Shown: one piece after another, positions 50,677 through 60,912 of the stretch
How the letters are laid out: every line of letters starts with the position of its first letter
How positions within the stretch are numbered: the first letter of the stretch is position 1
Source of the DNA: Candidatus Hodarchaeaceae archaeon
GTDB lineage: Archaea; Hadarchaeota; Hadarchaeia; Hadarchaeales; Hadarchaeaceae
Direction: 5' to 3'
DNA length: 64,000 nucleotides
Assembly (NCBI GenBank): GCA_030018135.1
Contig: JASEGJ010000001.1
Coordinates: forward strand, 1-64,000
The notes under the pieces: generated by a model
What the model saw: only the letters and a program-made list of their open reading frames with translations
Told to the model about the DNA's origin: nothing
Database searches by the model: none
Made by a program: the position numbers and the translations under genes

Positions 50677-51672
50677 CTATTTCCACTTCCTCGGATATGT
50701 GCCCGGCGACATCACCACGCGCTCCGGCTCGGCAACTATCCCATGGTCGGCATCGCAGATCTGCCTCGATGTCATCGTCGCCCTAGCTAGGGATATGAGC
50801 TCGCCCTTCAGCGTCATCAGCGCGACTAAATCTCCGGGCGAGATGCCCGTCTCCACCGTGAGCACGCCCGGCGCGGCGAGGCTGGCGCCGTGGCAGAGCG
50901 CGTCCACCGCCCCATCCCGCACGACGAGCTTGGGCAGGTGCCGCACCGCCGCCTCGACGGGCAAAATCGTCCTGCGGAGATGCTCCTCCGCGCCCCCCTC
51001 TCGCCAAAACGCGTAAGCGTCCGCCAAGTCGTGCAGCTTGACCAACGTCTCATCCTCGCGAAACGGTCCCGTGCGCGTTCGCCGAAGCTCCGCCATGTGG
51101 GCCCCGCAGCCCAAGGCCTCGCCCACGTCGACGCAATACTTTCGCATGTAGGTGCCCGCCTCGCACCCCACCCGGAGCAACACGTCCCTACCCCCGCGCT
51201 CGAGCAACTCTGTATAATAGATCCGCCGCTTGCGGAGAATTCTCCTGACCGCCGCGCGCACGGGAGGACGCTGGTAGATCTCCCCCTCAAACTCCTTCAG
51301 CGTCTGCTCGAGTTCGTGATCGGACACATCGCCGTGGAGGTGCATCAGACAAACATATTCCTTGCCGGCCGGCAGCAGCGTCTGGACCATCTTCGTCGCG
51401 TCCTCGAGCGCGATCGGCAACACGCCGCTCACCTTTGGGTCCAGCGTGCCGCCGTGGCCAGCTCCCTTTACCATCAGCAGTCGCTTGACCCACGCTACGA
51501 CCTCGTGCGAGGTCGGCCCAACTGGCTTGTCGAGGTTTATGACGCCCAGGCGCATGTGCTCCCTTATCGGCCTTTTGCCCGGCTCGCAACCGTAGCCCGG
51601 GTCGGTGACATCCTGAGCTCTAACGAGCACCTCGCGCACCACATCGGACGGCAGCCTGCCCACCGTTAACAC
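50677..51672 (-). CDS. cbf5: H/ACA pseudouridine synthase Cbf5
   Basis: LDKP.GPTSHEV, GHGGTLDPKVSG, PUA domain. Confidence 0.96.
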   Translation of the reverse strand: MLTVGRLPSDVVREVLVRAQDVTDPGYGCEPGKRPIREHMRLGVINLDKPVGPTSHEVVAWVKRLLMVKGAGHGGTLDPKVSGVLPIALEDATKMVQTLLPAGKEYVCLMHLHGDVSDHELEQTLKEFEGEIYQRPPVRAAVRRILRKRRIYYTELLERGGRDVLLRVGCEAGTYMRKYCVDVGEALGCGAHMAELRRTRTGPFREDETLVKLHDLADAYAFWREGGAEEHLRRTILPVEAAVRHLPKLVVRDGAVDALCHGASLAAPGVLTVETGISPGDLVALMTLKGELISLARATMTSRQICDADHGIVAEPERVVMSPGTYPRKWK

Positions 51673-51677
51673 CCGAC

Positions 51678-51911
51678 CTATAAAAGACCTGCTGCCTCAA
51701 ACGCTTTTCTGACATCCTCATCCGAGGCGCCCTCTGCTATCCCGAGCTTGTTTAGCAGGGGCTCGAGGTGCCGCACATTGCACCGACGCCGCTTGACGTT
51801 GGGCCCGCTGATCAAAACATGGGTCTTGTCAACGACCCCGACGACGACGCACCTGTTTCCCGCCTCGCGCCCAGCTATCTTCACGCAGACCCTTCCAATA
51901 TCTAAGACCAT
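51678..51911 (-). CDS. rpl14e: 50S ribosomal protein L14e
   Basis: GRVCVKIAGREAG, KRRRCN..HLEP. Confidence 0.95.
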   Translation of the reverse strand: MVLDIGRVCVKIAGREAGNRCVVVGVVDKTHVLISGPNVKRRRCNVRHLEPLLNKLGIAEGASDEDVRKAFEAAGLL

Positions 51912-51913
51912 TT

Positions 51914-52450
51914 TTATTTCCTCCGTCCGATGATGAACTCGACCGCGAGTTCGAGGATGCGCCCCGTCTCCTCGGCCGTCCAACGTTCGGTGTTGAGCAC
52001 GAGATCGAACACTGAACAGTCGTGAACGTCTATCCCATAAAACCGCTTAAAGCGCCTGGCCTCGCTCCGCTCGCGCCTCGTCGTCTCGGCCATGACCTCC
52101 TTGTAATCTCGGCGTTCGCGGCGAGCTATGCGCCGGACGCGAACCTCGAGCGGGGCGGTCAACAGAATTTTAACGTCCGCGCCCTTCGCCATCCAGCCGG
52201 CCAAGCGCGCGTCGATCAGCACATTACCCTCCCTGGCGAAATCGGCGGTCCGCTGGTCTATCTGCCTGTCTATCTCCGGGTGGCGCTCGGCGTGGCGTGA
52301 AAACTCATCAAGGGTCATGCCCCGCTCCTTGGCGAGTTGCCTGAAAATGGTGCCCGCCGAAACGTACTTGAGCCCAAATTTCTTCACCAACGCTTGTGCG
52401 GCAGTAGTCTTACCCGCGCCGTGCAAACCGCTGATCGCGATCACCGTCAT
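51914..52450 (-). CDS. cmk: Cytidylate kinase
   Basis: ISG..GAGKTT, SAG.IFR, RLAGW. Confidence 0.93.
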   Translation of the reverse strand: MTVIAISGLHGAGKTTAAQALVKKFGLKYVSAGTIFRQLAKERGMTLDEFSRHAERHPEIDRQIDQRTADFAREGNVLIDARLAGWMAKGADVKILLTAPLEVRVRRIARRERRDYKEVMAETTRRERSEARRFKRFYGIDVHDCSVFDLVLNTERWTAEETGRILELAVEFIIGRRK

Positions 52451-52454
52451 GCCC

Positions 52455-52730
52455 TCACGCCCGGGCTGCTTCTTTGATCACTTGGCGCGCGCAGGCTGGG
52501 CAGAGATGTCCGCCGTACGGGCGATTGGGCCTGCGCGAGGACCTCGGCAGCGCGCGCAATTCGCTCGACCTCAGGCGTGGTACCCCGCCGAGCTGGCGCC
52601 CGCACATCGCGCATCTCGCGACGCCCACCTTCCCCTCCTTGTAGTGAACGACCGCGTGCCCGCCTGGTGTGCGGATAAAGCGCCTCTTGTATGTCCTCGA
52701 GCGATGCCTTCGCGCCGGCAATCTAATCAC
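52455..52730 (-). CDS. rpl34e: 50S ribosomal protein L34e
   Basis: RTPGG, C..CG..L.GV, RP.RPYGG.LC..C. Confidence 0.95.
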   Translation of the reverse strand: MIRLPARRHRSRTYKRRFIRTPGGHAVVHYKEGKVGVARCAMCGRQLGGVPRLRSSELRALPRSSRRPNRPYGGHLCPACARQVIKEAARA

Positions 52731-53544
52731 CTATAAACAACTTCCTCCAAATCGATGAAAACCCGAAGTAGGAGACCAAAAACCAGCTGAGGAAACCGCA
52801 GGAGGCCCATAGACCATAGAATGGGAGGGGTAAGCTGAACGGCAGCCAAGCCACGACCCACCCCTTATACAGGCTGCTCAACCAATACCAGAAAATAAAG
52901 TAGGGAACGATGTAGATGATCGCGGGCTTGAAGGTCTCCATCATCATTTGACCCTGAAGCCCATAGATGCGCTTTTGGTCCTGCTGCAGCTTGTAAATGC
53001 GCTTCATGTCCTTCTTGCGCTGAGCGTCCATCAGCTCCTTCCTCCAAGCGTCCACCTCCGCTTTAACTTGCTTTACCTTCGCCCAATTCACGACTTTCTT
53101 CGTGATCAACGTAATTACGAGGCTAAAGATGACCGCAAGCAGGAGGATGAAGAATATCGCCCGCTCATAGATGAACGGCAGAACGATGTCCAATTTGCCC
53201 GCGATGAGCGATATATCTGCCCGCAAGGTTCGGATGTTGTCCTCCCTGGGTGACCGCTGGAGCGAGGTAAATGCCTGTTTTATGTAATTGTCTAGATCGT
53301 CGTTTTCGAATTTATTTTCGCTCATATTTTTATACAAGGCAAATGCCTCCCCCAAAGCTGACTGAGCCCCGGCGCTATCCCCCCTTCGAAGGGCTATGAT
53401 GGATGAGTCGATCCTGTTCAGCAGGTGCCAAAGGGTCTCCTGGTCGCCCTTGGCCACCTGCTGGGAAGATGCCGTCGTAAATCCGGCACATAGCAGAAGG
53501 CCGACTATGAACGAAATCACGAATATCCTGCGCACGAGTTTCAC
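52723..53544 (-). CDS. EMC3/TMCO1 (DUF106, Oxa1-superfamily) membrane protein with N-terminal extension
   Basis: TM-coiled coil-FKP-TM-LPF-W..Y pattern; adk-DUF106-L34e synteny. Confidence 0.85.
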   Translation of the reverse strand: MKLVRRIFVISFIVGLLLCAGFTTASSQQVAKGDQETLWHLLNRIDSSIIALRRGDSAGAQSALGEAFALYKNMSENKFENDDLDNYIKQAFTSLQRSPREDNIRTLRADISLIAGKLDIVLPFIYERAIFFILLLAVIFSLVITLITKKVVNWAKVKQVKAEVDAWRKELMDAQRKKDMKRIYKLQQDQKRIYGLQGQMMMETFKPAIIYIVPYFIFWYWLSSLYKGWVVAWLPFSLPLPFYGLWASCGFLSWFLVSYFGFSSIWRKLFIGD

Positions 53545-54116
53545 CTCAACGCCTCCACCATCTCTCCCACAGCTTCACTGAGCCTACCATCCCTATTTTT
53601 AATTATCCTCACCGTGGCGCCGACCATCGCTGCGTACGCCATCGCGATCGCGCGATTGAGCTGCTGGTGCTCCGCTATCTCGGCGATGAGTTCCTGGTCG
53701 CGGCGACGCGCCATGTCCTTCGTGCGGCGGGCGATCACCTCTTCGGGCGGCGCCTCGATGATGAGGATGGATTCCGGCTTGAGGCCCTCAAGCACCCACC
53801 GTGGGAGCCCGGGCAGATACCCCTCCGGCTTCTTGATCGAGCAGTGCGTATCGAGCAATACCAATTTGCGCTTTGCCATTTGGGCAATCCGCTCGGCGGC
53901 TCCGCGCTGAATATCGCGGTATACATCGGCCGGCAGCTTTCGCATTTCATCCCGATCACATGCGCCAGTCCGCCTGCGCGCCAACTCAAGCATGACATCA
54001 CCATAGTTGACCAACTCGTAGCTCAAGCCAGCCGCCCTTAGCTTTCCCAGCGCTTCGGCGATAACCGTGCTCTTTCCAACGCCCGGCACGCCCGTCACGA
54101 CGATCAGTTTATTCAC
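53541..54116 (-). CDS. adkA: Archaeal adenylate kinase
   Basis: TGVPGVGKST, RDEMRKL, DTH, GYLPGLP. Confidence 0.96.
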   Translation of the reverse strand: MNKLIVVTGVPGVGKSTVIAEALGKLRAAGLSYELVNYGDVMLELARRRTGACDRDEMRKLPADVYRDIQRGAAERIAQMAKRKLVLLDTHCSIKKPEGYLPGLPRWVLEGLKPESILIIEAPPEEVIARRTKDMARRRDQELIAEIAEHQQLNRAIAMAYAAMVGATVRIIKNRDGRLSEAVGEMVEALR

Positions 54117-55464
54117 CGAAGAACCTCCTTATAGCTGGAAACATCTCTGTTACGCGCTCCCTAGTTATCTCCTCATAGAGTCCGTACAAGATGCCGACCG
54201 TCAAAAGGATACCCGTGCCGCTGCCCAACGCGCCCGTGAAATCCGCGAGGGCCGCAATTAAGCCCACGAATGCCCCTCCCAGCAGCGTAACAGTTGTGAT
54301 GTAGCGTCCGATTACCCGCTCCATTATCCTGATATCCCGACGGAAGCCGGGTATCAACATTCCGGAGCGGTCGAGTTGCTGAGCTACGTCCCGCGGACCC
54401 ATACCTGTCATCTGGATCCAGAGCCATGCGAACCCCACGCAAAGCAACACCAAGATCGCCAAGTAGACACCTGCCTGAAGCGGGTTTTCCACCACTTCGA
54501 CGATTCCATGTGTAGGCTCGATGTAACGAACGACGCCGCCGAGCGGCAAGAACCTCGAGAGTATTTGGATGTTGGCGAATATCGTCATGGCCAGAATTAC
54601 CGGAATGACCGATGCATATAGGAATTTAATGGGGTAGCGCCCACGAACACCGCCAAATCGTCCATATGCGAGCGGTATTTCGACACGCATGCTCTCCGCG
54701 TAAACAACTATGAAAAAGACGATGAGCGTAGCGAGCGCGCCCATCATGTTGGGCAACTCCCTCCTGAAGAATGCATCATATAACCCGCTCCCAGAGATCA
54801 ATGCTTCGATGAATTTTATTATCGCACCCGCCGTTTGGTCGATATAAACTGTCGATTTCATCGGATTGAACGCCTGCCAAAATATCGTGGCCGAAACGCC
54901 CGCTGCGATGAAAAGGCTGATGCCGCTGCCGAACCCGTATTTCGAGACGAGTTCGTCTAAGTAGATCACTATGATCGCGCCCAGCGCGAGCTGAAAGACC
55001 AAGAAGACTATCTTCGATGTGCCGAACCCTAGACCATACCAGCCGCCCAGCACGAGCATCGATGCCTGAAATACACCTAACAATATTGCCAAGATCTTCT
55101 GAACGCCTGTGAAAAGCGCCCGGTCCCCCGGCTTGCTGAAATCGAGATTTATTAACTTGCTGCCCACCAAGAGCTGCATCACGATGCCCGCGGTGACGAT
55201 CGGGCCTATGCCGAGCTCCATGAGGCTACCGGCATGACTCGCGAGCACATACCGCAGATGCCCAAAGAAGCTCTCGGTCTGTCGCTCTATCCCATACAGA
55301 GGTATTTGAGTCATCACCAAAAAGAGGATCAGGGTCAAACCGGTCCACAGGAACTTCTCCTTGAATGAAACGTGGCGCTTTGGAACCTCGACCTCCGGTA
55401 TCTTCCTAACAAGGGGCTCAAGCGCGTAAAGCTTCGATTTTGGCTTCTCTAGCTCTTCCTCCAT
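54109..55464 (-). CDS. secY: Preprotein translocase SecY
   Basis: GSLMELGIGPIVTAGI, GSGISLFI, IPGFR, GTGILL. Confidence 0.98.
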   Translation of the reverse strand: MEEELEKPKSKLYALEPLVRKIPEVEVPKRHVSFKEKFLWTGLTLILFLVMTQIPLYGIERQTESFFGHLRYVLASHAGSLMELGIGPIVTAGIVMQLLVGSKLINLDFSKPGDRALFTGVQKILAILLGVFQASMLVLGGWYGLGFGTSKIVFLVFQLALGAIIVIYLDELVSKYGFGSGISLFIAAGVSATIFWQAFNPMKSTVYIDQTAGAIIKFIEALISGSGLYDAFFRRELPNMMGALATLIVFFIVVYAESMRVEIPLAYGRFGGVRGRYPIKFLYASVIPVILAMTIFANIQILSRFLPLGGVVRYIEPTHGIVEVVENPLQAGVYLAILVLLCVGFAWLWIQMTGMGPRDVAQQLDRSGMLIPGFRRDIRIMERVIGRYITTVTLLGGAFVGLIAALADFTGALGSGTGILLTVGILYGLYEEITRERVTEMFPAIRRFFGE

Positions 55465-55470
55465 TGTTCT

Positions 55471-55911
55471 TCACCCAACGACCGCCCTACCGCCGGCCTC
55501 TTCCAACTTTCGCTTCGCTTGCTCCGAAAACTGCTTGGCGGTGACCTCAATCGGGCGCGTTACGTGGCCGCCGCCCAGCACTTTTTCGAACCCGAGCTTT
55601 GTGGCATCCACTACAAACCTATCCCCTTCGCGCCTTGCCGCACCCCCCTGCACGAACTCATCTAAATGCTCATCCAGATCCCCTACATTGATGGCGCTTA
55701 CAACCCTACTGACCTCCGATGGACGCACGAAGCCGTGCTTGCCGAAGTGGTTTGGCATGTACTTGAGGATGTAGGGCCACTTCTGCTTATGGCCGCCGCT
55801 CAGGCCCCTTCCCCCTCTTTCGCCTGCGCCGCGGCCCCTTTTGGCGCACCCGCGGCCCATCGTGCGCGATCCGCGGCGCTTCCTACTTTTTCGACGCCTT
55901 CGAACTACCAT
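55471..55911 (-). CDS. rpl15: 50S ribosomal protein L15
   Basis: RGSRT.GRG, FGKHGF, KVLG.G. Confidence 0.96.
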   Translation of the reverse strand: MVVRRRRKSRKRRGSRTMGRGCAKRGRGAGERGGRGLSGGHKQKWPYILKYMPNHFGKHGFVRPSEVSRVVSAINVGDLDEHLDEFVQGGAARREGDRFVVDATKLGFEKVLGGGHVTRPIEVTAKQFSEQAKRKLEEAGGRAVVG

Positions 55912-55919
55912 GTAATCGC

Positions 55920-56387
55920 CTAAATCATGCGGAGTATCAACTCGTTTATCTTTTCCCCGCGATAGCCCAATGAGCCCATAGCCTTGAACGGTCGCTTCGT
56001 CGCCTCATAGCCCTTGCTGGGCGGATGCAGGCGGAACACCTTTTTAAGCCCCGGTAATGTCGACAACTTGGCCTCGCCCCTGTAGATGGCTTCGGCAAAT
56101 TCACCGATCGATGAAAACCGTGTGTTCGACTTGACATATTCGTCGCTCAACCTCGCGTCGCCCTCCAATCTCCCGCGTTTGCGCAAAAGTGCCTCAAGCA
56201 CCTCTCGCCCGATCTCGCCCCATGTGATCATATCCTTTGCCTTTTGCAACATCCCCTTATAGGTCGGATCGTCATCGATCACGACGCAGTGATTGACCCG
56301 CGTCAAGCCAAGCACCCGCAGGGTTTCTCGAACGTCCTCGCGCGCTCGGACGCTCCCCCTGACGCGAACGGCCGCGAGCTTAGCCAC
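55920..56387 (-). CDS. rpl30: 50S ribosomal protein L30
   Basis: VRVRG, GML.K, FRLHPP..G, GYRGEKIN.L. Confidence 0.95.
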   Translation of the reverse strand: MAKLAAVRVRGSVRAREDVRETLRVLGLTRVNHCVVIDDDPTYKGMLQKAKDMITWGEIGREVLEALLRKRGRLEGDARLSDEYVKSNTRFSSIGEFAEAIYRGEAKLSTLPGLKKVFRLHPPSKGYEATKRPFKAMGSLGYRGEKINELILRMI

Positions 56388-57057
56388 TTGCCTCACCCGC
56401 TGGGCCAATCACCACGCGCTTCATGTATGGCTCGCGCAGGGCGACCTTAGCTGTTTGCCTCAACGCATCGAATGTTGCTAAAGCAAAGTTTAAAGTCGTG
56501 CGCGTTTGACCTCGCGATTGCGCCCATACGTCCTTGACGCCCGCTAGCCGCAACATGATCTTTGGCACCTCGGCGGTGGCCAAGCCAAGTCCACGAGGTG
56601 CCGGCCTTAACGTCACATATACGCTACTGCTGTGCCCGGTGACCTCAAATGGCACCGAATGCGGCCTCCCGCAACCGCACTCCCAGCTTCCGCAACCGCG
56701 GGCCACCTCCACGATATTTAGCTTCGCAACCGTCACAGCTTTGCGTATCGAGGGGCCAACCTCGCCTCCGCTCTCGTGCGCAACGCCGATAAGGCCATCC
56801 CTGTTCCCAACGACGGCTATCGCCCGATATTTAGTTCTACGGCCGGACTTGTGCATTCTTTGAACCATGCTTATGCCAAGGATATCTTCCTCAAGGTTCG
56901 GCACTAAGGCATCCACGATCTCGGGCTCCTTCGGCCGCTGGCCCTTGCGCAAAATCTCGGAGATGCTAGTTATTCTGCCCTCCCTGACCGCCCGCCCGAT
57001 CGAGGTGCGCGGCTGCCAAAGCTCAATGTCGAACTTCTCCCTCATATCGGCCACCAT
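56380..57057 (-). CDS. rps5: 30S ribosomal protein S5
   Basis: GCGSWECGCG.PHS, PAPRGLG. Confidence 0.97.
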   Translation of the reverse strand: MVADMREKFDIELWQPRTSIGRAVREGRITSISEILRKGQRPKEPEIVDALVPNLEEDILGISMVQRMHKSGRRTKYRAIAVVGNRDGLIGVAHESGGEVGPSIRKAVTVAKLNIVEVARGCGSWECGCGRPHSVPFEVTGHSSSVYVTLRPAPRGLGLATAEVPKIMLRLAGVKDVWAQSRGQTRTTLNFALATFDALRQTAKVALREPYMKRVVIGPAGEASG

Positions 57058-57643
57058 GTTGTGTAACTATTGCCTGCTTGATTTGATTAAAGTGTTCAGG
57101 CAACTGCTCCGGCGCGAGCCCTCGCTTTAAATAATTGGAAAATCTAGAGCGGTAAGCGTCTTCATCATCAGATTTTAACTTGGCGGCATACTGAGCGATG
57201 CACTCGCTCCGCAAACGCCCCTCGTCCGGTAAAATATTCCCACCGTGAGGGATTTGCAGACCTGCATCTAAAGCACCCTTTAGCGCAGCGAAGACCTTCG
57301 CCCCGGCGGTCGGGCTGTGCATGCCTATATCCAAGACGCACTCGCCCGTACCAGCCTTTAGGGAGCGGTAACCACACAATAAGCCAACTAAATAAGCGGC
57401 GGATGTGTTTGCGGTATGGCCCTTCCAGCCAAATTTAGCGAGTTCCTTTGAATGTGCGGCGGCCAACGTCAAATCGCCTGCAGGGGTTGCACGTATGACT
57501 TGAGCAACAATATTTTTAAGCGAAACCCGAACGACCAAGCGAGGCTTGCCTGAGCGCAGGAGTTTAAGTCTATGCCTATAGTCTGTTTTGCCCTCCCGCC
57601 TGCGCCTAAACTGCACCCGCCAAGCCGGACCGATTTTCGACAT
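57023..57643 (-). CDS. rpl18: 50S ribosomal protein L18
   Basis: RRRREGKTDY, AAYL.G, GA.DAGL.IPH. Confidence 0.97.
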   Translation of the reverse strand: MSKIGPAWRVQFRRRREGKTDYRHRLKLLRSGKPRLVVRVSLKNIVAQVIRATPAGDLTLAAAHSKELAKFGWKGHTANTSAAYLVGLLCGYRSLKAGTGECVLDIGMHSPTAGAKVFAALKGALDAGLQIPHGGNILPDEGRLRSECIAQYAAKLKSDDEDAYRSRFSNYLKRGLAPEQLPEHFNQIKQAIVTQHGGRYEGEVRH

Positions 57644-57644
57644 G

Positions 57645-58094
57645 CTAATCCCTCAATACTCCGCGCTCCCGGAGATAGGCCTCCAAATGGGCCTTGCTTT
57701 TAAAGGAGTTGCCTTTGATCATGCGGTAAAGTCTTCGATACCCCTTCGCGTCGATCGCGCCCTTTTCCTTGAGCTCGCGTAACCTGGCGCGAAGAGGCCG
57801 CACCGTGCGAATCCATACCTCCTTTTTTGGCAGCCTAGCTTTGGCCGAACCCTTCCTGCTTCCGATGCCACGCTGCCTGCCCTTCTTGCGCTTCGCCGCG
57901 CGTTCGCGAGCCCTTGCGTGGCTTATGGCCCGCTCGGGACGCGCCTTGATAACGCCATCGTGAATCAAGCGCTGGATGTCTTCGCGCGTAATCGCGGTTG
58001 AAACATCAGCTATGCGGGTCGGGTCTACCCAAACTCTGTTGACCCCAACGTTCAGAATTTTAGCCGCTAACCTTCTCTGCGTGCTCAGCTTCAT
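57645..58094 (-). CDS. rpl19e: 50S ribosomal protein L19e
   Basis: QRRLAA.IL.VG..RVW.DP, G.GSRKG. Confidence 0.97.
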   Translation of the reverse strand: MKLSTQRRLAAKILNVGVNRVWVDPTRIADVSTAITREDIQRLIHDGVIKARPERAISHARARERAAKRKKGRQRGIGSRKGSAKARLPKKEVWIRTVRPLRARLRELKEKGAIDAKGYRRLYRMIKGNSFKSKAHLEAYLRERGVLRD

Positions 58095-58461
58095 ACCTCT
58101 CGCCTCCTGGATTAAGCACCCTAATTCCGAGCTCCTTCGCCCGGGCAAGGATCCGCTCGCGCTTATGTCTGCCCACGCCGGATGCTATCCTAATCGCCTG
58201 TTTACTAGGACTTACTCGTTCCACATCCTTTGGGTTATTTATTATGACTTCGGTTAGCCCAGATGGATGGAGCCCGCGCGTGGACCTCGGCAATCTGTAA
58301 CCGACCGAGGCCACGGCCGGCTTGCCCTTCCTGCCAAGGCGCATCTTACTATCCCTGCCCCGCGGGCGTCGCCACTTCTCGCCCAGCTTCTTAAAGCGGA
58401 ACCACTCCTGGCGCCTGAACTTCGGCATGCGCCGTTTTTTCTCTTCGATAGATTTTCGCAT
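58060..58461 (-). CDS. rpl32e: 50S ribosomal protein L32e
   Basis: F.RQE, WRRPRG.DSK.R, GLHPSG. Confidence 0.96.
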   Translation of the reverse strand: MRKSIEEKKRRMPKFRRQEWFRFKKLGEKWRRPRGRDSKMRLGRKGKPAVASVGYRLPRSTRGLHPSGLTEVIINNPKDVERVSPSKQAIRIASGVGRHKRERILARAKELGIRVLNPGGERYEAEHAEKVSG

Positions 58462-58464
58462 CGC

Positions 58465-59001
58465 TCACGCCCTCTCCACGATATATATGCCATCCTGAAA
58501 GATTCTTGGATCGCGCCGTTTTATGTACGTGGCCTGCTCGATGTTAAATGCTGTTTGCCCGACATCCTCCTTGTTGAGGCCCTCGACAATTATCTCATCG
58601 TCCTTAACCTTTACATCCGCGTCACCAACCACCTTCGCAACCCTAGGACTCCTCTCGCCCAAGAAGTTGTGGATTAACACCTGCTTGCCCTCCACCTTAA
58701 CTGTTATCGGAAAATGCGCGTATGATATGCGAAGCTTGTAGGCAAAGCCTTCCGTGACCCCCTTTACCATGTTGAGTAAGTGAGATTTGATCGTGCCCAC
58801 CGCCGCATGTTGCCTTCTGCGCGGAAACGCTGCCGCGATCAAGATCGATTTTCCTTCCTGCTCCAAGTTTACCCCTGGGATATCGATTGTTCTCTCCAGT
58901 TTGCCCTTAGGCCCGCGAACTTCTATGGTCCTACCGCTAAGCTTGACCTCCACGCCATCTGGCACCATGACCTCCTCTCGAATTTGTGCCGCCGCCATCA
59001 T
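58465..59001 (-). CDS. rpl6: 50S ribosomal protein L6
   Basis: GPKG, YAHFPI, NFLGE, DPRIFQDGIY. Confidence 0.97.
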   Translation of the reverse strand: MMAAAQIREEVMVPDGVEVKLSGRTIEVRGPKGKLERTIDIPGVNLEQEGKSILIAAAFPRRRQHAAVGTIKSHLLNMVKGVTEGFAYKLRISYAHFPITVKVEGKQVLIHNFLGERSPRVAKVVGDADVKVKDDEIIVEGLNKEDVGQTAFNIEQATYIKRRDPRIFQDGIYIVERA

Positions 59002-59133
59002 TAACACCCTGCTTCATTAAACTCGCTCTATTTTCTCATCCGCTTTATTAAACCTCTAGTCGATGTAAGAGGTTCAAACTATAGCATCTATTCGCAGGAG
59101 TATAAAACAGGTTTTGCCCGGTCGAAAATGGGT

Positions 59134-59523
59134 TTAATAAACGTACACCAAGAGTCTCCCGCCCGTGCCCTGTTCCCTCGCTTGGACATGTGCCATAACG
59201 CCCTTGGGCGTTGAAACTACCAATATCCCAAAACCCGTCGCGGGCAGGTACCTTTTCTCCCATTTCTCATAATCGCCGCGCTTTACGGCATGGCGAGGTT
59301 TTATCGCGCCGCAGCTATTGATCTTGCCAAGTAGCTGTATCCTGAACTTTCCAGCCTTGCCGTCGTCGATGAACTCAAATTCTCCTATGAAGTTCTCCTG
59401 CTGCATAACGCGTAGAACATCTGCGATAAGTTTTGATGCCGGGGCTACGATGACTTCCCGCTTTCTAGCCCTTTCGTAATTCCTTATTGTTGAAAGCGCG
59501 TTGGCGAGCGGATCCATTAGCAT
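59134..59523 (-). CDS. rps8: 30S ribosomal protein S8
   Basis: DPLANAL, DDG.AG, ST..G.M.H. Confidence 0.97.
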   Translation of the reverse strand: MLMDPLANALSTIRNYERARKREVIVAPASKLIADVLRVMQQENFIGEFEFIDDGKAGKFRIQLLGKINSCGAIKPRHAVKRGDYEKWEKRYLPATGFGILVVSTPKGVMAHVQAREQGTGGRLLVYVY

Positions 59524-59531
59524 CTAAACAC

Positions 59532-59681
59532 CTAACTATATTTTTTGAACCCCATCTTAGGCGCGATTTCCCTGAAACACCTGCGGCACAAGCTCAGCCC
59601 ATGGCATTGGTAAACTGGCCCATGCCTGCCGCAACGCCTGCATTTGTGCGCGCCCTTGCCAAATTTTTGTTTTGTCATCAT
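59532..59681 (-). CDS. rps14: 30S ribosomal protein S14 (Zn type; missed by track)
   Basis: Own translation [21 protein letters not shown]...[19 protein letters not shown]. Confidence 0.95.
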   Translation of the reverse strand: MMTKQKFGKGAHKCRRCGRHGPVYQCHGLSLCRRCFREIAPKMGFKKYS

Positions 59682-60184
59682 AACACCTGGACGCCAAACT
59701 TCTGGCTGATGAAGTTTATTGCCTCTTCCCCTGTAATGCGATGAACCGGCGGTATTTTACGCGTTTGACGCCGCCTGTGCTTAATGCGGTAACCAGGCCT
59801 ACAAAGCGTGACGCAAACGTCCATGCCAAAAATACCTATCTCGGGGTCATATTCAACGCCTGGGATATCTATGTGTTCTTTGATGCCAAATGAGAAGTTC
59901 CTCCCATTGTCAAAGGAATCCCTTTTTAGACGCTTTTCCACCGCTTCTAACAAGCGCTTCAAAAGCGTTGCCGCTGGTTCGCCTCGCAGGGTAACTTTGC
60001 AGCCGATGGGTTCGTCGCTCTTGATGCCGAAATCCCGGATGGTCTTCCTCGCGAAGCATCTAGCCGGCTTCCGTCCGGTGAGCCGCCCTAGCACCTGTTC
60101 CGCCTTAGTGAGTTTGTCCCCGCCCTCGCCTACGCCTATGTTCAAAGTTAACTTCTCGATCCTTATTTCGCGCATGGGATTCAT
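59678..60184 (-). CDS. rpl5: 50S ribosomal protein L5
   Basis: [34 protein letters not shown]. Confidence 0.97.
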   Translation of the reverse strand: MNPMREIRIEKLTLNIGVGEGGDKLTKAEQVLGRLTGRKPARCFARKTIRDFGIKSDEPIGCKVTLRGEPAATLLKRLLEAVEKRLKRDSFDNGRNFSFGIKEHIDIPGVEYDPEIGIFGMDVCVTLCRPGYRIKHRRRQTRKIPPVHRITGEEAINFISQKFGVQVL

Positions 60185-60912
60185 GAGCTCCACCTACATG
60201 AGATAAGTGGCTTCTCCTTTCCTATCACGAAGACATGATCCTCGGGCGCCTGAAAGTTTGTGCCATCGGGTGCCTGAAGGATAACAATATTGGGCTGAGT
60301 GCCCTCGATTAGCTTGATATCAACGATTTTTCCGACCCTGCCGACGTTTGCGCCCCCTGTGACGAGCGCGAGAAAATCTTTCTCAAACGGGAGCCGCTCG
60401 GCGACCTTCAGGCTTGGGAGGGTTAGCTTTGCAACATCCCGAGGCTTAAACTCCGCGAAGTCGCCGACGAGCGTTTGGCCGTCGTGAAATGTAAGCTGTG
60501 CTCGCTTGCCTCGGATGATGTCCTTGCGCACAACCTTACAGAGTTTGAAAGATGCCTCAGTTTGTGGAATCTCGCGCATGATCAAGCGTCGCCTCGTATC
60601 CAATAAAACCCTATAGCCGCGATTGATCTTCGGCAACTGCACGACATCCATTAGGCCGATTGGGAACTTCGGATCGCGCCTGACTCTACCATCCACGAGG
60701 ACATGCCCCTCGGCAAGGATTCGATCGGCTTCGCGGGCAGTTCGAGCTAAGGTGAGGTAATCGCGCAAGAGGAGGCTAAGCGGTATCGAGCCATCGCCGG
60801 GGTGCGGCCCGGGCGCTGGTTTTGCGGTCCAAACGATCGATTTGCGCGACAACTTAAGCGAAGTCGATGCGGCGAACCTCTTGAGGTGCCTACCCTGACC
60901 CTTTCTTGCCAA
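60181..60912 (-). CDS. rps4e: 30S ribosomal protein S4e
   Basis: HLKR, PGPH, VDG.VR.D..FPIGLMDV, GG.N.G..G. Confidence 0.95.
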   Translation of the reverse strand: MARKGQGRHLKRFAASTSLKLSRKSIVWTAKPAPGPHPGDGSIPLSLLLRDYLTLARTAREADRILAEGHVLVDGRVRRDPKFPIGLMDVVQLPKINRGYRVLLDTRRRLIMREIPQTEASFKLCKVVRKDIIRGKRAQLTFHDGQTLVGDFAEFKPRDVAKLTLPSLKVAERLPFEKDFLALVTGGANVGRVGKIVDIKLIEGTQPNIVILQAPDGTNFQAPEDHVFVIGKEKPLISCRWSS

